From the IMG/VR virus record IMGVR_UViG_3300020576_005084, positions 1,184 through 65,183 of that record: a stretch of 64,000 bases of DNA. One strand, written 5' to 3'. Positions 26,167 to 34,594 of the stretch are shown here, piece after piece (position 1 is the first letter of the stretch; the number at the start of each line of letters is the position of its first letter). Made by a program: the position numbers and the translations under genes. The stretch comes from a virus. Its lineage: Duplodnaviria > Caudoviricetes. Under the pieces are notes generated by a model. The model saw only the letters and a program-made list of their open reading frames with translations, ran no database searches and was not told the DNA's origin.

Positions 26167-26424
26167 ATGACCCAGCCCAAGCTCAGCCCGCGCCCGATAC
26201 ACGTCATCGCGCGCGACATCCGCAACAACTGGCCGAAGCCTTACTTCGGCGCCGTGCCGTATCTCGACGCCATGCGATCGTTGGACCAGATCACCGACAA
26301 GTACGGTGAGGACTCTGGCGAGAGCATCGTGCTCTACTTCCTGAGCAATGCCGCGACTTGGAGGGGTCCAAAAGCAAGAGAACTGAAAGCAGAACTGAAG
26401 GCCATCCTGAAGAAGGTGAAGTGA
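26167..26424 (+). CDS. Small conserved phage protein
   Basis: 'RPIHVIARDIRNNW.KPYFGAVPYLDAM..L......YG.DSG.SIVLYFL.NA.TWRG..A..LKAELK', a recurrent phage family of unknown function. Confidence 0.75.
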   Translation: MTQPKLSPRPIHVIARDIRNNWPKPYFGAVPYLDAMRSLDQITDKYGEDSGESIVLYFLSNAATWRGPKARELKAELKAILKKVK

Positions 26425-26654
26425 TGCGCAAGATATTTCCGCTATCTCTCCTGCTCTTGCTCGCCGCGTGCGGGCCTGATGCGAACGAACGCCGCGCCCA
26501 GTTCCACAAGGACTGCGACGGCGCCTTCACCCCCGCCCAGTGCGCTGTCCTGTTCAGTATGCAGGAGCGCACCGACTCACATACCGAGGCCAACGCTGTT
26601 CTGACCGGCGCCGCGATCGGTATCGTTGCTGGCAGCTCCGCAGGCCGACGTTAA
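26424..26654 (+). CDS. Predicted lipoprotein (76 aa)
   Basis: MRKIFPLSLLLLLAA-C lipobox; TGATG overlap. Confidence 0.7.
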   Translation: MRKIFPLSLLLLLAACGPDANERRAQFHKDCDGAFTPAQCAVLFSMQERTDSHTEANAVLTGAAIGIVAGSSAGRR

Positions 26655-26689
26655 AACAACCCAAGACCGCAAACCAAAGGACCGCAAAA

Positions 26690-28678
26690 ATGGATACGCC
26701 TGACTTCAAAGTTTTCTCCCGCGCCGTGCACGAGCGATACGAGATGCTCGCCAAGAACGAGCTGTTCGTCGTCGACGTCACCAACATCTTCGAAACCTAC
26801 CTCTCCGCGTTTCCGCAGGGCAGCAACCCGGTGTACCGCACCAACCGGGTCTACGACTGCAACTGCTGCAAGCAGTTCATCCGCAAGCTTGGCGCCCTTG
26901 TGCGCATCACTCTGGACGGCGAAGTCCAGAGCGTCTGGGACAATCTGGATCTGCCGCATCCGTTCGACATCGTCGCGCAGCGTATGTCCGAGATTGTGCG
27001 GCAGGCGCCGATCAAGTCGGTCTTCCGCACCAAGGAGCGCCAGTACGGCACCGAGTACAACTACGACACCAAGGACAACAATCGCTGGGATCATTTTCAC
27101 GGTGTTGTTGGTGCCAAGCACTTCGCCACGGATCCTGAAGCCAAGCGCGGCGAGCAGGATACCAATGCGCAGGTGCTGCGCCGCGGTCTGGAAGAGATCC
27201 GTGCGGAAGACATCCAGAGCCTTCTGGAGCTGATCGACGCGAACCAGCTGTACCGCGGTGAGCAGAGCAGCGGCGTCTTGCACGGCTTCGCGGATCTGCT
27301 GCGCAAGTACAAGGCCTTCAAAGGTGGCAAGGATGTTTTCGTCTGGGCCAACATCACCCACCACGCGGCGCGCATCCGCAACACCGCGATCGGCACGTTG
27401 CTGCTGGATCTGGCCAGCGGCACGGATATGGAAAACGCCGTGCGCAAGTACGAAGCCATGGTCGCCCCGCACAACTACAAGCGGCCGAAGGCACTGATCA
27501 CCCAGCGCATGGTCGACGACGCCGTGAAAACGCTTGACGAGCTCGGCCTTGAAGGCGCCGTGCATCGCCGCTTCGCCCGCACCAACGACGTGTCAGTGCG
27601 CAACGTGCTGTTCGTCGACAACGCCGTGCGCGGCAAGATGAAAGGCGGGGTGGCCGGGCTGCTGGCTAATGACGTGCGCACTAGCCTGAGCAAGCCGAAG
27701 CAGGCCACGGCAGTGCACATCGACACCTTTGTCGAGAGCATCCTGCCGACCGCCACGACGCTGGATCTATTGCTCGAGGGCAGGCATCTGGGCAACTTCG
27801 TCAGCCTAACCGGCGGCGACGGCGACGAGAGGCTGTTCAAATGGGACAACAACTTTGCGTGGTCCTACGATGGTGAAGTGACCGACTCCATCAAGCAGCG
27901 CGTCAAGGCGGCTGGCGGCAAGGTCGATGCACTGTTCCGTGTCAGCCTGAGCTGGTCGAACTACGACGATCTGGACATCCACTGTGTCACGCCGAGAAAG
28001 AAGCACATCTACTACAGCAACCCGTGCGGCATTCTCGACGTCGACATGAACCGCGGCGGCGGCAACGCGCACATGCACAGCCCCGGCTACTCGCGCACGC
28101 CTGTTGAAAATCTCGCCTTCCGCACCGTCGAGGATGGCGCCTACGAGATCGTCGTCAACAACTATGCGCAAGTGGAATTCACCGACGTCGGCTTCACGAT
28201 CGAGATCGAGTACGGCGGCCAGATCACCCAGCTGAGCTACGCCAAGGCGGTGCGCAACAAGGAGAGCGTGCTGGCTGCCAAGATCACGTTTGTCCACGAC
28301 GAGATGCAGATCGAGCCGGGCGAAGGCATGACCGGCGGCGGGATCTCTACCGAGAAGTGGGGCGTCAAGACAGACACCCTCGTGCCCGTGTCGATCGCGC
28401 TGAACAGCCCCAATTACTGGGATGACAACGCGACTGGCCAGAAGCACTGGTTCTTCATGCTGCAAGGATGTAAAAACCCGGATGCCGTGCGCGGCATCTA
28501 CAACGAGTTTCTTCGCTCCGATCTCGAGAAGCACCGCAAGGTCTTCGAAGTGCTCGGGTCGAAGACTAAGTGCCCGCCGACGGATGATCAGATTTCCGGC
28601 GTCGGTTTTTCTGCGGCGCGCAACGATACGGTGACCGTGGTGGTCAACGGTCGCCGCGCGTACAACATCAACTTCTGA
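26690..28678 (+). CDS. Large conserved phage protein with a C-terminal YfaP/DUF2135-like beta domain
   Basis: Start MDTPDF after RBS AAAGGA; 662 aa; N-terminal 'YDCNCCKQFI'; C-terminal 'LSWSNYDDLDIH..TP...LDVDMN'. Confidence 0.7.
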   Translation: MDTPDFKVFSRAVHERYEMLAKNELFVVDVTNIFETYLSAFPQGSNPVYRTNRVYDCNCCKQFIRKLGALVRITLDGEVQSVWDNLDLPHPFDIVAQRMSEIVRQAPIKSVFRTKERQYGTEYNYDTKDNNRWDHFHGVVGAKHFATDPEAKRGEQDTNAQVLRRGLEEIRAEDIQSLLELIDANQLYRGEQSSGVLHGFADLLRKYKAFKGGKDVFVWANITHHAARIRNTAIGTLLLDLASGTDMENAVRKYEAMVAPHNYKRPKALITQRMVDDAVKTLDELGLEGAVHRRFARTNDVSVRNVLFVDNAVRGKMKGGVAGLLANDVRTSLSKPKQATAVHIDTFVESILPTATTLDLLLEGRHLGNFVSLTGGDGDERLFKWDNNFAWSYDGEVTDSIKQRVKAAGGKVDALFRVSLSWSNYDDLDIHCVTPRKKHIYYSNPCGILDVDMNRGGGNAHMHSPGYSRTPVENLAFRTVEDGAYEIVVNNYAQVEFTDVGFTIEIEYGGQITQLSYAKAVRNKESVLAAKITFVHDEMQIEPGEGMTGGGISTEKWGVKTDTLVPVSIALNSPNYWDDNATGQKHWFFMLQGCKNPDAVRGIYNEFLRSDLEKHRKVFEVLGSKTKCPPTDDQISGVGFSAARNDTVTVVVNGRRAYNINF

Positions 28679-28691
28679 GGAGAATTGGACC

Positions 28692-29096
28692 GTGAGTATT
28701 GATCTGTATAAGTACGCCGCCCAACAGGGGCTGCGCTTTCCCTCCCGTGCCGGGAGCCTGTCCGTCGAGGATCTTTTCCAGCTGCCGCTGACCAGCGCGC
28801 GTGACGCCAACCTCGACGACACCGCCAAGATGGTCAACGCCGCGCTCAAGAGTGTGAGCGAGGAATCCTTCGTCACCACCAGCAACCCCCGCAAGGGCCC
28901 GCTGGAAGTGGCGCTGGAGATCGTCAAGGATGTGATCGCCACCAAGCAGGCCGAGAACGAGGCTGTGCGTCTCAAGGCCTCGCGCGCCGAGGAACGCCGC
29001 AAGCTGCTGGACGCCATCTCGGCGGCCGACGCTCGCGAGCTGTCTTCTGCGTCGAAGGAAGATCTGCTCAAGAAGCTGGCCGAGCTGGACGGCTAG
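28692..29096 (+). CDS. Conserved partner of the preceding gene
   Basis: 'LRFPS..G.LSVEDLF.LPLT....NLD..AK' and C-terminal 'EDLLKKLAEL'; 134 aa. Confidence 0.75.
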   Translation: MSIDLYKYAAQQGLRFPSRAGSLSVEDLFQLPLTSARDANLDDTAKMVNAALKSVSEESFVTTSNPRKGPLEVALEIVKDVIATKQAENEAVRLKASRAEERRKLLDAISAADARELSSASKEDLLKKLAELDG

Positions 29097-29106
29097 AAGT
29101 GCAATA

Positions 29107-29143
29107 AGCAGCTGGCCGCACCGACGGCCAGCTGCTCTTTTCT
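29107..29143 (+). terminator. Intrinsic terminator
   Basis: AGCAGCTGGCCG-CACCGA-CGGCCAGCTGCT: perfect 12-bp stem followed by CTTTTCT. Confidence 0.8.
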
Positions 29144-29159
29144 ACCGCTACTGAAAGAG

Positions 29160-29405
29160 ATGAAGATGGGTGTGAGTATTTTGTGGGAGCCGGTCAATGA
29201 AGGCTTTGCGCTGAAAGATACTGGCGCGGCGTCTGACACGGTGAAGCGGCTGGAAGATACTTTCGGCCCGATGCCTATCGAGCTGAACGAAGGGCACTGC
29301 TTTGCCCTCAAGGCCATGACCGCTGCATCTGGCCTCAAGGCGTATGAGAACCTTTCTGACTTGATCAACGAGCACGGACCTATCCGTGTTTTCACTCGGT
29401 TTTGA
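29160..29405 (+). CDS. Hypothetical protein
   Basis: 81 aa. Confidence 0.55.
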   Translation: MKMGVSILWEPVNEGFALKDTGAASDTVKRLEDTFGPMPIELNEGHCFALKAMTAASGLKAYENLSDLINEHGPIRVFTRF

Positions 29406-29417
29406 GGAGCCGAAACC

Positions 29418-29624
29418 ATGATGGCAATGTCCGACACTTCAGCGAGCGACGACTGGCCCCTGTCACTGGATCAGGCGCGGCGCATCCTTGAAGGCAAAGC
29501 AGGGCCGATCAGCAGGGACAAGGCCGTGGAAACTGTCTTTGGCGAGATTGCCCGTCTGAATGGCGTCATCAACACACAAGCCCGGTGCATTGCGGATGTC
29601 CGCAAGGCGCTGGGGCTTCGCTAG
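29418..29624 (+). CDS. Hypothetical protein
   Basis: 68 aa; RBS GAGGAG. Confidence 0.55.
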   Translation: MMAMSDTSASDDWPLSLDQARRILEGKAGPISRDKAVETVFGEIARLNGVINTQARCIADVRKALGLR

Positions 29625-29632
29625 GGGAGCCC

Positions 29633-30148
29633 ATGACCTTGGACGTTCGACCGCACCAATCACAGCTTGCTCCGGAGGAAAACAAATTCCACCAGGGCAA
29701 TGGCGATGACGGCAAGCACTACTGGCTGACGCCGTGGGATGCGCCGGAGTTCAAGGCGCTGGAAGCCGAGTTCGGCCCCTTCGATTTTGACCCGTGCCCG
29801 TTTCCGAAGCCGGAAGGCTTTGACGGCCTGACCTGTGAATGGGGCCAGCGCAACTATGTGAACCCGCCCTTTGGATCCATCCTGCCGCCGAGCGGTAAGG
29901 GCAGGAAGATTGGCCCGACTGGCTGGGTGCGGAAGGCCATAGCGGAAGCCCAGAAGGGCAAGCTGGTCGTGCTGGTGTACCCGGTGGACAAGTGGCTGCT
30001 GATGCTCACCAAGGCCATCCTGGGCGACCACGCCGAAATCCGAAACCTGGGCGACGTGAAGTGGAAGGCCACGGAAGACGGATCCACCGGCAAGGGGACT
30101 GGTCGGCACATCGCCTGTTTCATCCTTCACCCTCAACCCCAAACTTAG
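29633..30148 (+). CDS. Phage DNA N6-adenine methyltransferase (Dam-like, single domain)
   Basis: 'YWLTP', 'FDFDPCP', 'DGL..EW', catalytic motif IV 'NPPF' and 'WVRKA..E', the phage Dam family pattern. Confidence 0.85.
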   Translation: MTLDVRPHQSQLAPEENKFHQGNGDDGKHYWLTPWDAPEFKALEAEFGPFDFDPCPFPKPEGFDGLTCEWGQRNYVNPPFGSILPPSGKGRKIGPTGWVRKAIAEAQKGKLVVLVYPVDKWLLMLTKAILGDHAEIRNLGDVKWKATEDGSTGKGTGRHIACFILHPQPQT

Positions 30149-30159
30149 ACGAGCCTGAA

Positions 30160-30417
30160 ATGAGAGACGCAACCATGAGTGCAGTTGCTGGCGCGACCAT
30201 GCCGCCACACCCGACGCCCTGGACCGGAACCGACGAAGGCGCGCCAATCGGTGATACCGGCGACGAAGATCGCCCCTTTGTGATCCGTGACGCGCGCGGC
30301 GAGGTGGTCCTGACCATTTGGGAGGAATACGCATGCGAGTGCTGCGAGGCACCAACGTCTTCGATCTCCTCAACCGGCCGCAACTCGCCGACTTCGTCAT
30401 CCACCAACCCACGGTGA
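30160..30417 (+). CDS. Hypothetical protein (3' end uncertain)
   Basis: 'HPTPWT...FVIRDARGEVV' N-terminal part looks coding; the last ~20 codons look off-frame (see findings). Confidence 0.5.
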   Translation: MRDATMSAVAGATMPPHPTPWTGTDEGAPIGDTGDEDRPFVIRDARGEVVLTIWEEYACECCEAPTSSISSTGRNSPTSSSTNPR

Positions 30418-30423
30418 AACCCA

Positions 30424-30603
30424 ATGGCCAGTAAGCCCGCCACCAAGAATGCCCTGTTCCAGCTGGACCTCGCGAAGCTCCGCAAGAAGTGGCCCGAGGT
30501 TATGATCTCCGTGCGCGACCGCGCCCGGTTCAACGAGACCATGCGGCTGGTGAACAAGAACAGCAAAAAGCGTAAAAAGCGCAAAAAGGCCGTTGCAACC
30601 TAG
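30424..30603 (+). CDS. Small basic protein (59 aa)
   Basis: Not in the ORF track. MASKPATKNALFQLDLAKLRKKWPEV...KNSKKRKKRKKAVAT. Confidence 0.6.
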   Translation: MASKPATKNALFQLDLAKLRKKWPEVMISVRDRARFNETMRLVNKNSKKRKKRKKAVAT

Positions 30604-30622
30604 CGGTTGTTATGCCTATCGT
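30593..30622 (+). promoter_or_regulatory. Sigma70-type promoter upstream of the gcrA unit
   Basis: TTGCAA-N18-TATCGT, with TTATGCCTATC resembling the operator half-sites. Confidence 0.5.
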
Positions 30623-30714
30623 CTGGCCTGTCGAACACTCTGGGGGTTACCTTGAAATCTGACTGTTACGCGCCGCCGTCACACCTGCACATCCCGCCGC
30701 CCGTCCCGCGCAGC

Positions 30715-30822
30715 ATGACAAAGTTCACTGCGCACTGCATCGGCTGGGGCCTTCTGGCTCTGGCTGGCAGCCTCGCCATCTGCGCCGTGGTGATCATGGC
30801 AGAAAGCGTCCTTGCGCCATGA
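30715..30822 (+). CDS. Small membrane protein (35 aa)
   Basis: MTKFTAHCIGWGLLALAGSLAICAVVIMAESVLAP; ATGA overlap with gcrA. Confidence 0.5.
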   Translation: MTKFTAHCIGWGLLALAGSLAICAVVIMAESVLAP

Positions 30823-31253
30823 GCGGGTTCTGGTCGGACGAAGACAAACAAACGATCAAGGCCCTGTGGGCTGAAGGATTGTCGGCCACGCAGATAGCTC
30901 GCCAAATGCCCGGCAAGCGCACACGCAACGCGGTTCTGGGTGTCGTACACCGGATGAAATTGTCGAGCAGGATCTCCGCAAAAGGGGGCCTGCGCCCTGT
31001 CCGGGTCTCACGCCCGCCACAACCCAAGCCTGCTCCAGTCGCCGACACCCCGGCCCCGGCCCCGGAAGACCCCGGCCCCATGCATCCACCGCTCACCACG
31101 CTGACCGTGCGCGATCACCACTGCAAGTGGCCCTACGACGTCGGCGCCGACTATCACTATTGTGGTGCCAAGCCACACAAGGATCATCCCTTCTGCGAGT
31201 ATCACTGCCGCAAGGCGTACCAACCGAAATTGGCGGCGAAGAGAGCCGCGTAA
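30819..31253 (+). CDS. gcrA: GcrA-like cell-cycle transcriptional regulator
   Basis: 'W......IKALWAEGLSATQIARQM...TRNAVLG.VHR..L' N-domain and 'L......CKWP......YCG....HP.CEYH...AYQP' C-domain. Confidence 0.9.
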   Translation: MSGFWSDEDKQTIKALWAEGLSATQIARQMPGKRTRNAVLGVVHRMKLSSRISAKGGLRPVRVSRPPQPKPAPVADTPAPAPEDPGPMHPPLTTLTVRDHHCKWPYDVGADYHYCGAKPHKDHPFCEYHCRKAYQPKLAAKRAA

Positions 31254-31298
31254 CGCGTTCCCGGGCGATCTTGCTCGGGCACAATGGAAGGACTGCAC

Positions 31299-32216
31299 AT
31301 GGAAACTCAATCGTTGAAGGCCACCGAAGAAGTCGGTGCCCGCGGCGCCACGCATCCGCGCGTGACGCTGGAAAACATCAAGGACAGCATCGGCGCCGTT
31401 TTCTTTGCGACTGCGGACATGATCCTGCCCGACGCCGTCAGCCAAGACGAAGCGGCGTATATCGATCCGCTGGGCATTCTCACCATCTGCGTGGTTGTGC
31501 TCAAGAACGGCTTCGTTGTTCTGGGCAAGTCGGCGCCCGCCAGCCCCGAGAACTACACCCGGGAAAAGGGCGAGCAGTTCGCCTACGAAGACGCGGTGCG
31601 CCAGATCTGGCCGCTGATGGGCTTCGCCCTGCGCGACCGGCTGCACCGGGATTCGGCCGATGCCGAGACCTACATGCGCGCCACCGGCCAGCTGCAGGTC
31701 ATTCCCGATGACATCCGGCTGAAGGCGATGGACGCCGATGCTGTTGTTGCTCTGGCCGTCAGCCACGGGTACCCCGAAGCTGGCCACGGCCGTGTCGACG
31801 CGGAGACTTTCCTGCGCGTCAAGCGGGAAGGCGGCAGCTACACGGCGCCGGTTGTCGAGCAGACTTTGCCGACCATTCCCGGCGACGAAGATCTGCAGGC
31901 CATGACCGACGACGAGATCTACCATCTCGCCCGCGACCACAGCCTGCCGCTCGGCGAAGACCCGTCTCGTGAGAACGACATCGCGAGCCTGATCACCAAG
32001 CGCGACAGCGTTGTCGTCATCAAGAACGACGGCCCGCCGCCGATCGACAGCGACGAAGAGCTGGAAGGCAGCCTCGACGGCTACATCAAGGATCTGGCCG
32101 TCGCGCATGGTCTCGAGTACGTCGACCGCGCCGACGCGATCGCCAAACTCAAGAAGGTCCGTGACTCGCTGGTGAACCACAACGCCGCCAATAGCGGCAT
32201 GCCGAACCCGGTCTAA
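31299..32216 (+). CDS. N4 Gp49/Sf6 gp66-family protein with a C-terminal extension
   Basis: 'PRVTLE.I', 'LTICV.VLKNGF.V.G.SA.ASPENY....GE..A...A..QIWPLMGF.LR..L'; acidic repeat tail. Confidence 0.8.
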   Translation: METQSLKATEEVGARGATHPRVTLENIKDSIGAVFFATADMILPDAVSQDEAAYIDPLGILTICVVVLKNGFVVLGKSAPASPENYTREKGEQFAYEDAVRQIWPLMGFALRDRLHRDSADAETYMRATGQLQVIPDDIRLKAMDADAVVALAVSHGYPEAGHGRVDAETFLRVKREGGSYTAPVVEQTLPTIPGDEDLQAMTDDEIYHLARDHSLPLGEDPSRENDIASLITKRDSVVVIKNDGPPPIDSDEELEGSLDGYIKDLAVAHGLEYVDRADAIAKLKKVRDSLVNHNAANSGMPNPV

Positions 32217-32281
32217 GACCGGACTACCCGTGGCGCCCCGGGCGGGTCATTGACCGGGGCATCTTATTCGAGGACCGCAAA

Positions 32282-32473
32282 ATGATCTTGTTCCACAGAT
32301 CCAGTAACAACTATGGCGAAGTCCCGCCTTGGGATGAACAAGTCTGGTGGGTGTTCGAGATCACCTTTAGCTGGAAGACTTTCCTTCTGGGCTTCTCCGT
32401 CGGTGACGACGTCTATTGTCTTAACGTCGGCCCGCTTGCTTTCATCTATTTCTACAACTGGGCTGCTCGCTAG
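32282..32473 (+). CDS. Hypothetical aromatic-rich protein
   Basis: 63 aa; RBS GAGG; lower GC. Confidence 0.5.
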   Translation: MILFHRSSNNYGEVPPWDEQVWWVFEITFSWKTFLLGFSVGDDVYCLNVGPLAFIYFYNWAAR

Positions 32474-32476
32474 CGC

Positions 32477-32911
32477 ATGTACAGCTTAAAGACTATCAAC
32501 GATCTGCCGTTCGCGCCGTGTCTAGCGCCGTGGGTCCGCAAGAGCTGGCTCAAGAAGATCACGGTGGAGAAGGCGCCGGACGGCTGCCGCGTCTGGGGGC
32601 GCGTGCTAGAAGGGCCCTGCTGGTTGTTTCATGGCTCCTGCAACGGCAAGGGGCATCGCAAGGTGCGGGTGCAGAAACGTCTGCAGTACCTGCACAGGTA
32701 TTCCTTCTCGGAATTCCACGGCATCCCGCTGGCGTTCGTGGACAACGGCGACCATCTCTGCAGAAACAGGAATTGCTTTCAGCCGCTTCATATCGATAAC
32801 GTGACATCACTGGAAAACTGGCTGCGCGGCGACGGCCATCTCACGACATTCAAGACCGCAGAACCAACACAGGCCGACGAAGATCTCGTGGCCGCTTTGA
32901 GAGGATACTAG
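32477..32911 (+). CDS. HNH endonuclease (His-Cys/zinc-loop type)
   Basis: 'PCWLFHG..NGKGHRK....LHRYSF......DHLCRNRNC..PLHI..V...EN'. Confidence 0.8.
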   Translation: MYSLKTINDLPFAPCLAPWVRKSWLKKITVEKAPDGCRVWGRVLEGPCWLFHGSCNGKGHRKVRVQKRLQYLHRYSFSEFHGIPLAFVDNGDHLCRNRNCFQPLHIDNVTSLENWLRGDGHLTTFKTAEPTQADEDLVAALRGY

Positions 32912-32912
32912 C

Positions 32913-33371
32913 ATGATCAATCTTAATCGCCCCCACGCCCGCGTCCACCTTGGGCCGACCGGCAAGCCGGGCATTCACCACAAGCCCGTGGTGCGCGACG
33001 AGATCGGCGACATCCAGCTGAGTGTGTCGATCGACGCCACCGGCCGCACGCGCGTCGACTTCGGCAAGCCGGTCACCTACATCGCGCTGCCACCGGACAA
33101 GGCCTACGACTTCGCCAACCTTGTGCTCGAGCACGTCAAGGACAAGCAGGGCGGCGAGCCGGTCAATGTCACCGAGGAGAAGATCATCTCAGCTCTTGCG
33201 CACACGCTGGCCGTCAATGGCATCGGCAAGAAAGGCGGCGAGCCCGACCGGGATCTCGCCGCGATCCTCGTGCCGGAATTCATGGCCCAGATGGCCGTGG
33301 ACAGTGGTGTTGTGGAAGAAGTCGTGGTCTCTGAGATCGGCCACGACGCTGTCGCCGAGGCGAAGCCGTGA
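32913..33371 (+). CDS. Hypothetical protein
   Basis: 152 aa; RBS GAGG. Confidence 0.7.
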   Translation: MINLNRPHARVHLGPTGKPGIHHKPVVRDEIGDIQLSVSIDATGRTRVDFGKPVTYIALPPDKAYDFANLVLEHVKDKQGGEPVNVTEEKIISALAHTLAVNGIGKKGGEPDRDLAAILVPEFMAQMAVDSGVVEEVVVSEIGHDAVAEAKP

Positions 33372-33760
33372 GCAACAAAGGCTGGATCGGCGTAGATCTC
33401 GACGGCACCCTCGCGCATTACGACCACTGGCGTGGCATCGCGCACATTGGCGAGCCTATCCAGCCGATGCTGGAGCGCGTCAAGACGTGGTTGGCTGAAG
33501 GCAAGGTGGTGAAGATATTCACCGCGCGCGTTCACAGCGACGGGACGCCGGAGCGCAACATCGAGGTGTCGGCTGTGCGGCGCCACATCAGCAACTGGTT
33601 GGTGCAGCACGTTGGCCAGACGCTCGAGATCACCAATGTCAAGGATTTTCAGATGATCGAGCTGTGGGACGATCGCGCAGTGCAGGTCATTCCGAACACC
33701 GGCATCACGATCGCCGACGAGCTGATCTCTGAAGTGAACGCGAGGAGTGGCAAGCCGTGA
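33368..33760 (+). CDS. HAD-superfamily phosphatase (polynucleotide 3'-phosphatase-like)
   Basis: Motif I 'WIGVDLDGT', motif II 'IFTAR', 'ITNVKD', motif IV 'WDDRA'. Confidence 0.8.
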   Translation: MSNKGWIGVDLDGTLAHYDHWRGIAHIGEPIQPMLERVKTWLAEGKVVKIFTARVHSDGTPERNIEVSAVRRHISNWLVQHVGQTLEITNVKDFQMIELWDDRAVQVIPNTGITIADELISEVNARSGKP

Positions 33761-34230
33761 TAGACCCGTGGTTCAAGCCCAACCGGGCCCCTGACGAGAA
33801 GATCGGCGGCGAAGTTCGCCCGTATCTGGAGCGCTGGCACCTCGCGCGCAAGAGCAGGATCCCCGGCCTGTCGAAGTTGCTGGAGAACGTCTACCTGCAT
33901 CGCGTGCTGCGCAGCGACGATGATCGTGCGCTGCATGATCATCCTTGGTGGAACGTCAGCATCGTGCTCTGGGGCGGGTACTACGAGTGGATGCCGGTGA
34001 TCCAGCAGGGCTACGCCGAGGGCTGGGACCGCCGCACCCGGCGCGTCTGGCGTGGCGCCGGATCGATCGTGTTCCGTCGCGCTGACGCTGCGCACCGTCT
34101 GGAGCTGCCCCGGTACCCTGTCAAGCAGACATGGACCCTCTTCATCACCGGGGTGAAATGCCGGGACTGGGGCTTCTACTGTCCCAAGGGGTGGGTGCAC
34201 CAGCAGCAGTTTGGAGATACCGGCTGCTAG
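33757..34230 (+). CDS. Cupin-like (RmlC/2OG-type) protein
   Basis: 'YLERW...NVYLH...RSD.DR.LHDHPW...SI.L.GGY.E...HRLEL...WTLF.TG...WGF'. Confidence 0.7.
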   Translation: MIDPWFKPNRAPDEKIGGEVRPYLERWHLARKSRIPGLSKLLENVYLHRVLRSDDDRALHDHPWWNVSIVLWGGYYEWMPVIQQGYAEGWDRRTRRVWRGAGSIVFRRADAAHRLELPRYPVKQTWTLFITGVKCRDWGFYCPKGWVHQQQFGDTGC

Positions 34231-34333
34231 TGCTTGACAGCCGCAAATCACCCAAGCGCTAGGCTCTGCAGAATTCTGTTGTATCAACCTGCCACTTGCA
34301 GCAGCTTAGTCGCCCAACACCGAGTATGATTCG

Positions 34334-34552
34334 ATGACCGCCAAGAAAAAAGAAACACCTGTGCAGAAGCTGCTGCGTGTATCCGGGGGCGTCCCGGCTA
34401 TCGCCAAGGCTCTGAACATCTCCCACCAGTTCGGTTATGAGTGCGTCAACCGCGGCTGGTTCCCGGCGCCGCGCGCGAAGCGGCTGGAGGAGCTGTACGG
34501 CATACCGCGCAAGAAGCTCATGAATCCTGAACTCGTAGATCTTTACAATTAA
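34334..34552 (+). CDS. Cro-like HTH regulator
   Basis: 'GGVPAIAKALNISHQFGYECVNRGWFPAPRAKRLEELYGIP...L.P' Cro/YdaS pattern, upstream of the primase. Confidence 0.75.
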   Translation: MTAKKKETPVQKLLRVSGGVPAIAKALNISHQFGYECVNRGWFPAPRAKRLEELYGIPRKKLMNPELVDLYN

Positions 34553-34594
34553 CTTTTGATATAAGCCCGCGCTATTGCGCGGTGGGGAGCGTTC

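Noticed and set aside
30424-30603. 'QLDLA' in the small basic protein as a beta-clamp binding motif
   Set aside because: It lacks the terminal aromatic residue of QL[SD]LF, lies in a probably helical region and occurs once.
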